DNA of 48,249 nucleotides, filler included, from Dimargaris cristalligena (Eukaryota): assembly GCA_003614675.1 (NCBI GenBank). It is 2 parts of 2 records of this genome, joined end to end, with 100 filler letters (N's around TTAATTAATTAA, not from the genome) between each part and the next. Parts side by side here need not be neighbours in the genome. Positions count along the whole stretch, not along the records: positions 24,194 to 48,249 come from ML002597.1; 1 more part is not named here. The stretch is one strand, 5' to 3'. The notes below the pieces were generated by a model. That model worked only from the letters and a program-made list of their open reading frames with translations. It was not told where the DNA came from and searched no databases. Shown here in pieces: positions 37,118 to 48,249 of the stretch. The position numbers and the translations under genes were made by a program. Positions within the stretch are counted from its first letter, which is position 1. Each line of letters opens with the position of its first letter.

Positions 37118-40047
37118 ATGCACAACCCTCGTCACCTCAAAAGCCCTATACCAGTCGACCAGGTCAGCGCAATGGACGAACACCCCTCCATGTCCCTATC
37201 GACCCGCACCAACCCACTACCCCCACAGCAGCGCCCCATTCATGTAGTCATCCGCGTCCCATGGAATCGCCCGGCCAACTTCGTTGAACCTACTGCGGTA
37301 AGTCTTTTCAAAGGCCCTCCTGCCACGCGCATTTAACGGACAAGGCCACCAACGCCCATCCGGTGGTACCTAGCCTTTTGCCTCACTATGTCAATTGGCC
37401 CTTGTAATGGGCAAGGGATAGCCATGGATAGACATTAATCCGCTTTCTCCAACTTTTTTGCACAAACTGCTCCTCGACTACGATGTACCATGGGGTTCTT
37501 GTCCCTTTAACACCCTCCTCACCTATATAGACGGTTTGGACCAAGGCCAAACAACGGACCCTCTGGTACCACATCAGCCAGAACTCCCGAAATTCCATCG
37601 ACTGGGAAATGATATCGCGACAACTCGGCATTCCTATTCCAGAGCTGATGCGTTTTTCTACTTTCCTGTACGAAAAACAAATCCAACAGTTGAAAGAACA
37701 ACTGTATATCCACGAGCAACAGAGTCCGCACTCGTCACGCGCCTCCACTCACCCGGCGACGGAGTTCCCGCTTTTGCCGGTCCCGTCGCAAGCAATGTTA
37801 GTGGCTGCCACCGACTCTCTATTCCTTGGACCACCTCCCGGCTCACCAGTGGCCCACCCTAAGCCAGACCTGCTTTCCCCATCGACTCACTCGGCGCCCA
37901 CCCGCTCCCTCCCCCATTCGGAGTCGCCAGTCTCTAATCACCCTGAGGTTTCTATTTATAGTAATCCTCTGCCCCCACCCCATGTTGCCAACATGGCTTC
38001 CACCCTCTCCCGGCCCGATGATTCCGATACGGATCATCTCTCCTCGGCCGCCTTATCGACCCATCTAGCCAATGCGAACATTGTCAGTGTGGAGTCTCTA
38101 TCTCAACTTGACCAGTCTCGAGCTCCGACTGGCGCCTCCCCACTGGAGCTATCGAATGGTGATGCATTTGAGGCCCTGGAACACTCGGTTATTATTAGAA
38201 ACCCCTCGCGGGATAGTCAGCTAAATTCAACTGCCCCGAGCTTCGACATGGGCGCGTCTCTACCTATGACGGCTTCCACGTCGCTTACTAGCCCTTTGGC
38301 CCAATCCCTGTCCCCCCAGGGACCAACGGTTTCTAGCGTCCACTTATCCACCCATATATCTGAGGCTCCTAATGCGGCGTCTAGCCCTCCCCGATTTCCG
38401 ATCTATGAGACACCAAGTGATGGCTACGGTAAGAATTGAGCAACCTGTTTGTATTTACGCTGGATGTTATTGGCCCTTAGCTAGCCGAATCTAAAATACA
38501 CCCTTGGATTAAGTGGCTGTCTTGTAGCTCATATCTTCAGTTACATGGGCCTTTTCGATTAACTGGACGTAAATGCAATTGACCTGACTCAACCACTCAT
38601 TTCTATGTGTACCTATATATTTATCTATGTTTACATTGCCCTATTCTTTAGCATCAGTTATTCAAGAGGCAACTGCTCATAATATGGTCACGGTACCCCT
38701 TGTCCGAGCGCTTCCCCTCACATCAAGTAAACCGCCGTCTGGTGTAGCCTCCATTCAGCTATCACTTCCCAAGTCTCTCCCCCAGCCCCTACAAGGTAAG
38801 AATGCATTACAACGAGTTTTTCGAATATACTTCTAACACAGTAGTGGTTGTTTGTCTATAGGGTTATTAGGTCTCTAGAATACCCTCCTAGGTTGATCGA
38901 TTGCATACGGCGAATCATCTGACATATTTACTCAGCTACTTACCGCTTCTTTTCACGTGTGTACCTTATCTTATAGGTGTAACAGGGATATCCCAATCAC
39001 CCACCAAGCCCGATTCGAATCTAGGCCCCAACTCACTACCTCCTACCACCTCATACACCCAATCACCCGCTATGGCAAGACCTCCGCCACCCACGGTAGC
39101 CCGTTTGTCACTGGGCCGCCGAAATGAAGCGCTGCCATTACTGACGCGCCTGAACAGTCACTTGGAAATTCCTGTGCAATCAGCCACGTCCCCAGGTACT
39201 CCCCGCCGGTCTTCCCGATCGCCAGCTGTGATTCAGGCCGAATGTAATTTCTGGGTTCTTTTACCTTTAGTGCTCACCCTATCTGTCGCCTCGCCGATGT
39301 ACGGCCTCCCCATTACCACACCCATATATCTATCTATCTATCTGTCTATCGATATGTATCTGTACTCTTCCAGCCATCCTATTTCGATATGGATCATGTT
39401 GGCTAATAGTTCCCCTAGATAGATTAGACTTCTGATACAGGTCAAGCGCTACCGAAGTCGCCGTATTCTATTAATTGTTGATTGTTGACTAATCAACCCT
39501 TCTTTCATATTCATACACATGTGTATCACTTTATATTCGGCAACCGAAGCGGCCTCATCGCGTGCCTCAAGTATTTCGGGCTACTCATCATTTAGCGACC
39601 TATCAGGTGAGTATTTTTGCCACCATTAGTCCATCCGGGCCGGATACCCAGCTGACTAGCATTTTAATATTCTATACGTCCTGACGGCAATTTCCCACAG
39701 GCCTACTCTGCATTCTATTTACTAATCCTCGATTGAATCCATACAACTGCCATATTGCGCATATTTTGTAACCTCTTCATTTTCACTCCAAGATTCGTCA
39801 GTGACACAATCAGCCATGGTTGATGCCTTCATGTCGCGCATTGGGTCTCGTGTGTAAGTTATTTGATTTGGACTTTGATGGCCGGGTGTCCGGACTGACC
39901 TAGGACCTACCCTAGTTTGCATATTGTAGGAGCACTACACCGTTTTAACCACTTTTTGTGTACTGTCTCTTCTGAACACACAACATTCCTTTGTCCGTCG
40001 CTAGATCGATATTTTCCAAGAAGAGTCAACTTTTCCCCTGGAAATAA
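37118..40047 (+). CDS. ATG29: Autophagy protein Atg29-like, ~549 aa (middle and last exons uncertain)
   Basis: Proposed exons 37118-37297, 37531-38428, 38652-38795, 38977-39243, 39550-39606, 39793-39853 and 40005-40047 (or a stop at 39857 if the last intron is retained). The N-domain reads VVIRVPWNRPANFVEP..VWTKAKQRTLW...IDWEMISRQLG...FLYEKQI. The C-terminal motif is SSFSDLS|DSSVTQSAMVDAFMS. Confidence 0.75.
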
Positions 40048-40774
40048 ACCACCGTTTTAGCTGTCGTATACAACCTCCTCCCCAATCCCGTGAGCTTCTT
40101 TGGCACATTTGCAATAATATATATCATTGGTTTCAACAAACTAGAACTAATGGATCGGGTGGCCTTAATCCTACCCATCCCACTCAATACCTCCTATTAC
40201 CTACCTATATTGGCTCTTCCTGTAATTTAAGAGTTAACACCTTTTGTCCAATTCTGTATAATAATTTAATGCAATATGTTTGCTCAGTGAATTATCACAC
40301 CACCTGATTATATTTTTGGTAAAGTGACATGCGTTTGCATGAACTACAATATAGAGTAGGGGCTGGCGAAAACTTATTGCACAGAGGTTAGCTAACGTTA
40401 GAAGTTATTGCAATGGTTATGCAAGTGTTGGTGTTTGAATGCACAGCAGGCTGTCATTTCAATCACGTGAGTGGTATACACTGTCTCGCTCTCATATTTC
40501 CAAGGGCCAACTACGAGGGTTTGAACGGAAATAAGCGAGTGTTTCTTGGCTAGCCTTGTTGCGCTCCGTTCCAGCCAAAGCTGCCTTCCAAGCAACAGCA
40601 CTATTTAGCCTGAGGTTAAGCATAAACAAAGGACACAATTCCCCAGTCAACTTCCCGTTTTTCGGTTCCATATACGCCATTGCAACTTATTTCTAGGTAC
40701 ACTGTACATTGTCACCGAATGCTATATTTCGACTCTAACACCATTGGCCAATAACTTACCGACATTCCCTGACC

Positions 40775-42317
40775 ATGCCCTCCGATGGACAACCGCTAAA
40801 CTCTGTCTCCCATTTACAGTGGTCCGAAGCCCTGGAATGGCTATCGACGGCCCTTGCCTGTGCCTCCACTAGCTCCGGGGCCGGTTCCTTAGCTACTGAC
40901 CCCACCCGGTTAATAACTCCCCAAGTGGAAAAGACCCCCGAGACCTTGGCTTTATTGCAGTACCTCCGAAGACAGGTCGAACAGCGTGAGCGTACCGGTC
41001 CGGTGGTGGGACGGGCCCAGGACCGACTCCGAGCTGAATATCAGGGTACCTATGAACTTTATAGCCGGACTCTCCAGCGGTTAGGCGTGCCTTGGGAATC
41101 ACTTCCGGACTCGCTTCAATTGACACTAGAAGCCCTGGCGGATATCGCCGGGATCCTCCAACTCCGGGACTGTCACGCCAGCAGGTAGGTCGTATTATTA
41201 ATACATTGATGTTAGTCCTCAACCACTATCCCTGGATAGGCTGGGTCATAACGATCAATGGCCATGTCTATTGCTATATTGTCTTTTTTATATATTTCAA
41301 TATGTGCCAATAATAAGGTATGTCATTCACGCCTTCAGTGAGCATGGACTAGCGCTAACCTCCGAGACAGTTCGCCACTACTCGTGTATATTTCTATGAC
41401 ATGAAACTACTAGCTACCAGGGGGCTTTATTTGACTTGGCAAATCAGCAGCGACAGACTCAGCTAGAACTCAACCGTATAGAACGACAGCAACGCCGAGT
41501 CACTCACCATAAACGAGCTGCGCGCCAGCAACTGTCAGTTATCCGAAGGTAATGCACGGTATACCCATTCAGAGACATTATCGGACGGTACTCTAGCGGA
41601 CGTTTACCCGATGACTAACGAAACTGGGTTATATTAATGTATTTTTTTATGTATAACCAATCGGGCGTATTCAATATTTGCATCTATTGCTTGGTTTCCA
41701 CGCTACGACTTGGATTATTCGCGATAAACACGGCAAAATCAACAGTACCATCCGCGATAGTAGCGCAGTCAAACCCGCTGAAGAACAAAAGATGAGGGAA
41801 TGGCGGCATAACGCTCAGCTTCTAGCCCAAAAGGGCGAGGAATACCGGGATCGGGCCGATCATCTGATTAACCAGTACAACTCCTTGGGGGTTGAGACTA
41901 AACGGTTGGATTATGCTACGCTCAAAACTACCGATCGCCACGTCGATGAACTCTCGAAGTCTCTGGCCCAAAAGTCGTCCAAACTAGAAAGCTACATGGC
42001 CCTGCCACCGGTACGTAATAATACCAATGCATTTGAGGGCATTGTCTTGGGCCTCTAATATCATTTTTTTGAAAGACCGATGCGATTCTTTCCGGCTGGG
42101 CTCTGCGCTTATATTAACCACGGCAAGGAACCATTACTGACCAATTGCCAACCACTACAACCCACAATTGACACTGTAAACCCCTTTATCGTATATTCGG
42201 GATTGCTAGGATTTGACCTTGGCCACCATCGAGCTTACCGAAGCGAACATGGCCCTCAAGTCGCTCCAGGAGGACAGGGAAGAGCTACTTTGTAAGATTG
42301 CGGAGCAAATGCAATAA
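40775..42317 (+). CDS. HAUS1: HAUS/augmin complex subunit 1-like, ~305 aa
   Basis: Exons 40775-41184, 41414-41548, 41746-42010 and 42210-42317. The protein is coiled-coil with WL...PQVEKTPETL, LEALADIAGILQLRD and LESYMALPP|DLTLATIELTEA. Confidence 0.8.
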
Positions 42318-43521
42318 GGGCCTCTCTTTCACGCCAAGCCCATTTGTATATCATTACTCGGATTTCTGGGATGCCTTATTATTAATGAAATTACCTTTTG
42401 TCATTCATGATAAAGGATATGTATGACACGCTCTTGGTTGACTAGAAACCTACGGTATTTTGCCAATCCCAACGGATATGGTATTGTAGGTATACTTTCA
42501 AATAGCCGAGATAGATTGTAGTATTTAATAATAATAATAGTAATATGTATAAAATTGTAGCGGTCCTGAATACCCCAAGCAGGCCCATGTCTCCACCATC
42601 AATTCCACACTGGGGTAAATAACAAGGCGAGCATACCGTTATAGAAATGCTTTTAGTGGAAATTAGCGTATAAGGCATTACCTCCTTAATGGGAATGGAA
42701 ACCTTCCCGCCCCGTTGAAAGACTCTCTGGCATAAGTTGAACAGTGATATTAGTACAACTACGTAGTTACCGACAACCCGAAGTTAGCGGATTCTGTACT
42801 TTACTTATAGGGAGGGGGGGGCATTGGATAGAGGGAAGCCCCCACTTCCCTACTTCCATATTACACCAATCATTGGTGTACCACATTCTCTCCACATTAT
42901 AGAGCGGGTGGGCCCATGTAACCCATCTGTCTGTTCCCCACATACTAGTTTGCCTATGGCCCCACCGCTCGTTTTGTTTAAGGCAGTGGGGTCACTAATA
43001 TGTAAGACACGGATGCTTTTGATCGGCCATTAGCAAGAGTAGTTCCTACTTTGGCCCCATTCGCCCAGGCCTCCGTTGTCTCGCGCTTTGATAAGTCCCC
43101 CCGTCCCTGTCTTTCAATAATCTTCCGGCAGGGCTAAAGAGTAAAGCCAACATCCCCTCCCCATTCATAGCATACTAGCCTATGTGTAATACTTTTACTG
43201 AACCTGTAATATCAGAATAGTAATTCCAGAGGATATTCAGCTGTGCTTGATATAAATGACAGTGCGGTCGTATAGTGGTTATGCACATATATTTATTTAA
43301 TGGATTCTAGTGTATTCCATCCTTCTATGACTATTTAGTATAAAGCTGGATGACCAAACCCTCCAAACATACCACTTTCCCTCTCCATTTCTTTCTTCCC
43401 GATAGCATAACAGGTTCACTTCATTTCTATATGTTGTATGCCCCCTTCTATTCTCTGTTATGTAGACATTTCTATGTTAGCCTGTGATATTCTGAACGTT
43501 ATTTTATATCACCAATTCCCG

Positions 43522-45080
43522 ATGCGGTGGCCTTTACTTCACTTGATAATCTCAGTTTGGGCCCTACTCGCCATAGTTTTAGGCAACGAAACTTCAGTCA
43601 TTTTTGACAGTCATGACAGGTCAGCCACCATTCCAAACCCCAGGACTAATTCCAAAAGGACTACCTTTCCAAGTGAAATTATCGCTCAAGTATTCAATTT
43701 CGCGGATAAGGCAACGCTTCTTGGGTTAATTCTCGAAGAATCTACATTTGAGCAATACGCACGAACGGCGTTAGTCAATCAGGTACGTTGTTCGCCTATA
43801 TACCGGCCATTTAAACCGACAATTGGTTTAAGGTTATCCCAATATTCTTAATATATCGGCTATTCGTGATTCCTCCAAAAGCCACCCCTAATTGCACTTC
43901 CTTCTAAAATCCAATGGTATTCCCTGCTAATAATTTATCTATAATCCTAACTAAAAAGTTGGTATCGGAATGGGAGGCAACCACCGCCCAGTCCGAGCTA
44001 ATTCTATCGAACCAGGCTGATTGGAACCGGTTTGCCGTCGCCCTTAACCTCTTGACTCCACTAGAAACCTGGGACGTTTATCTTTCCAAAATCGCCACCC
44101 TTCTGGTGGGTCAATTGTCCTACAGCGACATTTACCGACTTCAGACATTCGGTACCGCAAGTATAACGCAGTTCATTCGCGCCCAGGCCTATCTTCGGTT
44201 TTGTCAAGTCAACCTGGCCAACCCCTATATGACCCAAAACCAACGCACCTCTATAGACCTGGCCCAACTGGCCCCCGTCGATGTATACCGCGAATTTCCC
44301 CTGGTGGCCCGAGCCTCGGCGGACACCCTGTTGGGATTATTTCGGCTGCTAACGGCGGTCAAAAAACCCCTGGGAGTCAAGGATCCGGTCATGACCGATA
44401 CCCTCCAGCACCTCGACTTACAGCCCATCTCCATTTACAGTGGCGTTTCCCACTTTTTACCCGATATCATACAACGTACCATTACAGCGGGCTTATGGTG
44501 GCTTCAGCGAACCGGGCAAACCGCCGAATTCGATCGTTTTTTCAACCAAGCGAAGGGGTATTTGTTCGGCGAGGTCGATCGCCATTCGGTTTCCGGCGGA
44601 CACTACTGGCCACGCTTAGCCATTTGGTTGGTGGACCACTTCGAGCGCTACGTGCAGTTCGGTATGGTTATGGCCACTTTCGATCAGAATCCAGCAGGCC
44701 GCATCGGTGGACTGGAGAAGCATTTAGTTGACCTGGAACCGATGCTGCCCTGGGCAGGTTCGGGATTACAGGAGCGCCGAACTCAGTTCATTGCGGCACT
44801 CAGCGAACTTAAATTAACCCGCCCTTTGGCGTATTTCCGTACCATCTGGCCCGGGATTAATTACGACCAGGGCAACTATGTGTTTAACTATCCATTACCT
44901 GGCAACTACCTACGACTGGATAACGAGGGGCATCTACATGTCGCGGTCCCGTCAGCCCGTCTTTTGGACCCGTCTTTACTCCCAAACGCTACTAGCTCAA
45001 ACGCCTTAATTGCCGAATGGAACCTAAAGGACTATCCTTTTGTGAAGCACATGCACGAAATGGCCACCGCACAAAGCTAG
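43522..45080 (+). CDS. Predicted secreted orphan protein with an N-terminal F-box-like motif, ~460 aa
   Basis: Exons 43522-43782 and 43959-45080 (GTACGT donor, CTAAC branch, AAG acceptor, phase 0). The signal-peptide-like start is MRWPLLHLIISVWALLAIVLG, followed by FPSEIIAQVFNFADKATLLGL. The rest is not recognised. Confidence 0.75.
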
Positions 45081-45304
45081 ACCGGGAGGACCATCGTTTA
45101 ATTATGGGGATACTATAATGGAATAGCCAGTTAGAAAAAGAGTGCCATTGTTTACTGCCATCAATATCCAGTTTGCGGGCCTATCTTTTTGGCAATTAAA
45201 TACATCACAATCGGCTTACAAAATACGCCTACACCTACATAAATAATTATATTTATACAAATTAATAAACTAATTACATTCTGATTGGATCTAATCAGGC
45301 TGGA

Positions 45305-46378
45305 TTAATAGAATTCCAAAGTACCGCTCATGGCTAACCCACCGTTGGGATTTTCCGCCCACAATTCGCAGGCGGTAGCGGTACCATCCGCTGCCGGGGT
45401 GGTCCATTTGCCCTTGACGGTAAATGGTTCCCCGCAAAACAGCGAACTCACAGCCCGATAGGTGAATTTCTTGAATTGCCGGGGTACCACTCGCTTGATT
45501 TTTCCACCTGGGGGGACGGTGATGATGGTGGGGGTGGCGTCTTCCGCCGCATTCCCACTGGCCGTCCGGAATTGGGCTCGGGCCAGGTTAAGCAGTAGCG
45601 TACAGGTCAAGGGACCGTGGACCAGGCAGTTACGGTGGCCTTCGACTTGGGTGGCATACGGCTGATCGTAGTGAATGCGGTGGCTGTTAAAGGTCAAGGC
45701 CGAATAGCGGAATAGCATTATTTCCGTCGGATCAATGGTGCGGCTAAAATCGGCCCGCCTGGTGATGGTCGAGCCTGAGCGCTTGGCAGCAGCGGCGGGG
45801 GGTGGGGTGGATTGTTTTTCGGGCGGCTGTGAATAAGCCAGCGACCGTTTCTCGGTGACGGACCAACCACGGTCATTCTGAATCTGCCGCAGTAAGGTGA
45901 CAAACACCAACGGACCCAGTCGAGCACTATGTTTTGTATCCATTGAGGAGCACTCGGACGTCACCGCGGCTTGTTGGCCGACTTGCAAGGGATTCGTGGG
46001 ACTCCATTCCAGTTCCCCCCCGGCCCAGACCCGGTTAAGGTAGGGGGCGGGTGGAGCGTAAGTGGCGTCGTACCCGTCGGCCGACAGTTCGGTCTCGGTG
46101 AATGCATCGGGGAAATAGATCAAGTGCCAATTCGGAGGGACTTCCGCTTGGGTGGCGCGGACTTCTGGGGCCGAGGCGGGGTCAATCGTTAGGGCCAGGA
46201 GATGCAAAGGGGTAGCGGAGATGGTGTCCTGGACTACACTGCGCCGTTGCTTGGCCTCGGCTTTCCAGGCGTCCAGGGGGGAAATGACTTCGCTGAAGTA
46301 ATGCGCGGCAGGGCCCCTAAAAGTGCCCCGGGGGGCTTGAAGTACCCGTCGGCCTAATTGGCTGACTAAGGGGGCCAT
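45305..46378 (-). CDS. HTD2: Mitochondrial hydroxyacyl-thioester dehydratase (HTD2 / double hot-dog MaoC family), 357 aa
   Basis: An Arg-rich presequence-like N-terminus precedes LSADGYD, RVWAGG and the hydratase motif LFRYSALTFNSHRIHYD...EGH..CLVHGPL. Confidence 0.88.
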   Translation of the reverse strand: MAPLVSQLGRRVLQAPRGTFRGPAAHYFSEVISPLDAWKAEAKQRRSVVQDTISATPLHLLALTIDPASAPEVRATQAEVPPNWHLIYFPDAFTETELSADGYDATYAPPAPYLNRVWAGGELEWSPTNPLQVGQQAAVTSECSSMDTKHSARLGPLVFVTLLRQIQNDRGWSVTEKRSLAYSQPPEKQSTPPPAAAAKRSGSTITRRADFSRTIDPTEIMLFRYSALTFNSHRIHYDQPYATQVEGHRNCLVHGPLTCTLLLNLARAQFRTASGNAAEDATPTIITVPPGGKIKRVVPRQFKKFTYRAVSSLFCGEPFTVKGKWTTPAADGTATACELWAENPNGGLAMSGTLEFY

Positions 46379-47778
46379 TGTCTACTAGCAACGGTCTGGG
46401 TTAGACGGCCTGCGAGTAGGTGGCAGACAGGCGGAAAAATAGGATAAAGAAGTAGCCCAATGGTGAAAGTAAAGTCCAGCAAAGTTCAAAAAGTAAATAG
46501 TAAATAGTAGTTAAGCCAAGGAAGCGGGATTGGTTTTTGAGGTCCGTGGGCCTTTCCCAGTGACACCCCCTCCCGGCCTGGCGTTCGCGGTTGCCCTGAG
46601 TTGGGAATTCCCACAGCCAAGTAGCTGCCCGGCTGACGAGGCCCTGAATAATAAGACGTGTGGTTTCTTTCCCACCAGTCGAGACGGGCAACCAATGGCC
46701 GTCATCGGCTCCCTTTCTTTAAAAGGAAAATACTTATTAACCCATGGTCAAAAGATAGTCACTAAATCTAGTCAGCTAAGTGACCATTATTGATAGAAGT
46801 AGACTAGAGAATAGGGCGCAGGCGAGTGTGGTATTAAATGCTCCCCCTACGGAATCGACGGCGCCTAGTATTTACTAATTATCTAGGCCATGCTGTCCCC
46901 ACCAAGCAGTATAGCCCACAAGGGTTTGGAAATAAAGATAACCAGGCCAGTCCCTGTCATCTCTGGTCAATAGAGGCGAAGGTATAAGTAAGTATATATA
47001 TGTTCCCATATAAAATCGATACACCTTAAGTCAAAGATTATGGACTATAGCTTAAACAACGGGCCTCTAAACATAATCGAATATCTTTGATCTGCATAAA
47101 GAAGGGCTGGGTATATTTCTCAAGTATACCAATGTCATTAAATGATGCCCTCATTCTGGTATACTGGCTAATATGGATTAATAGGATTGAGATCCTTCCG
47201 CGCAACTCGCCTACATTAGGCCTTGTTGTGCAATAGCGCCTTCCCATGGCGACATACTCTGCCATGGTAATCTATTGGTTTACCCCCCAGTTACATTTGT
47301 TGTATCCTACATCCTTCGCACTCAGGTATTCATCCAAAGACTGCTCTATTTCCATCAGAATCTTCCTAATACCGACAGATCTCTCAAGCAATGCATTTAG
47401 GACTACTCCACGGTGTTGTCCGAGCATATAAGTATTTGTCCCCATTTTTGGTGTATTAGTTCTTTAGATTATATTTTCTCGGGCATATCTAATAAACCAT
47501 TGATGGATATCCCTTTGATGGTAAACGTGCACCCGGCATTGTTTATTATCACCCCATATAGTTTATCCCCCGTACCTGCTGAGTAGGCGAGTTAGCCAAG
47601 AGTAATCCTGGTAACACACCCGATAGAAAAATACATATGTGGAATTTTTGCGGCTGAAGAGTGGTTAGCTATGGTGGCTCTTGGTATTATTTTAACATTT
47701 CATTGGATGTTTTTCGCATATCACCTTTAATTTTAAGTGTCTACATTAAGCCCATTTTTGTGACACCTTACCGATTTC

Positions 47779-47988
47779 TCATATATGCTTATGTGTTGCC
47801 AACGATTTGAGGGACTCCGCTGGCGCGCCTTTGGGAGGGTCGGCAGGAGGGGGAATCTCCGGTTTCTTTCCACTTGACGGCTCGCCATATTTTGTCATGT
47901 AATGCGGAACGTTGGGCTTTGCTGGGTTCGGGGGGGTTGAGACCGAGGTGGCCTTAGGGAAGTCGCCGCTGGTGTTCTGGTCGGCCAT
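47779..47988 (-). CDS. Small Pro/Lys-rich hypothetical protein, 69 aa
   Basis: This ATG-initiated, GC-rich ORF is embedded in AT-rich flanks. No family is recognised. Confidence 0.45.
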   Translation of the reverse strand: MADQNTSGDFPKATSVSTPPNPAKPNVPHYMTKYGEPSSGKKPEIPPPADPPKGAPAESLKSLATHKHI

Positions 47989-48249
47989 CGCGTCGTATGT
48001 CGTCGTCTCGCGTCGTCGGTTGTTAAAAAGGTCGAAATAAAGAAAAACGTTATAAGGAAAACGTTATGCTCAAATCGTATAATCAATTTGGTACTCGGAG
48101 ATACCACAAATTCAAACTAAGTAGATAAAAGTAAAACAAGTAGAAGTAATGGTAATAAAATAACTGATAATGATAAAACTGGGTAAAAGGTTAATCGTCG
48201 GTATCGTCTGGTGAAGTTAAAACAGATATTTATTCGTTTATCTCGAAAC

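Noticed and set aside
46633..46660. CTGACGAG resembling a hammerhead ribozyme core
   Set aside because: No stem II closing onto GAAA follows it.

Overview
This is intron-containing eukaryotic DNA from a fungus. The gene content and style suggest an early-diverging lineage (possibly Zoopagomycota or similar; this is inference, not proof). An artificial N45-TTAATTAATTAA-N44 spacer at 24093-24193 joins two probably separate contigs. Left part: a 7TM-RGS receptor, an Acinus-like SAP/RRM/RSB protein, a divergent glutamate-cysteine ligase, a UAS-UBX protein, a HUL5/UBE3C HECT ligase and an ARID2/Rsc9 homolog. Right part: a decayed signal-peptide/zinc-finger gene, an FF-repeat protein, PTEN, VPS53, Atg29, HAUS1, a secreted protein with an F-box-like motif, HTD2 and a small Pro-rich ORF. 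Exon structures were derived by hand from splice signals and frame continuity. The most notable observations are: (1) two effector-like architectures, a signal peptide plus F-box-like motif and a signal peptide plus basic motif plus zinc fingers (the latter pseudogenised); (2) a PTEN gene whose exons 2-5 match human PTEN exon sizes exactly; (3) a GCL with altered substrate-pocket motifs. I found no supportable tRNA, rRNA, CRISPR array or intact transposon.
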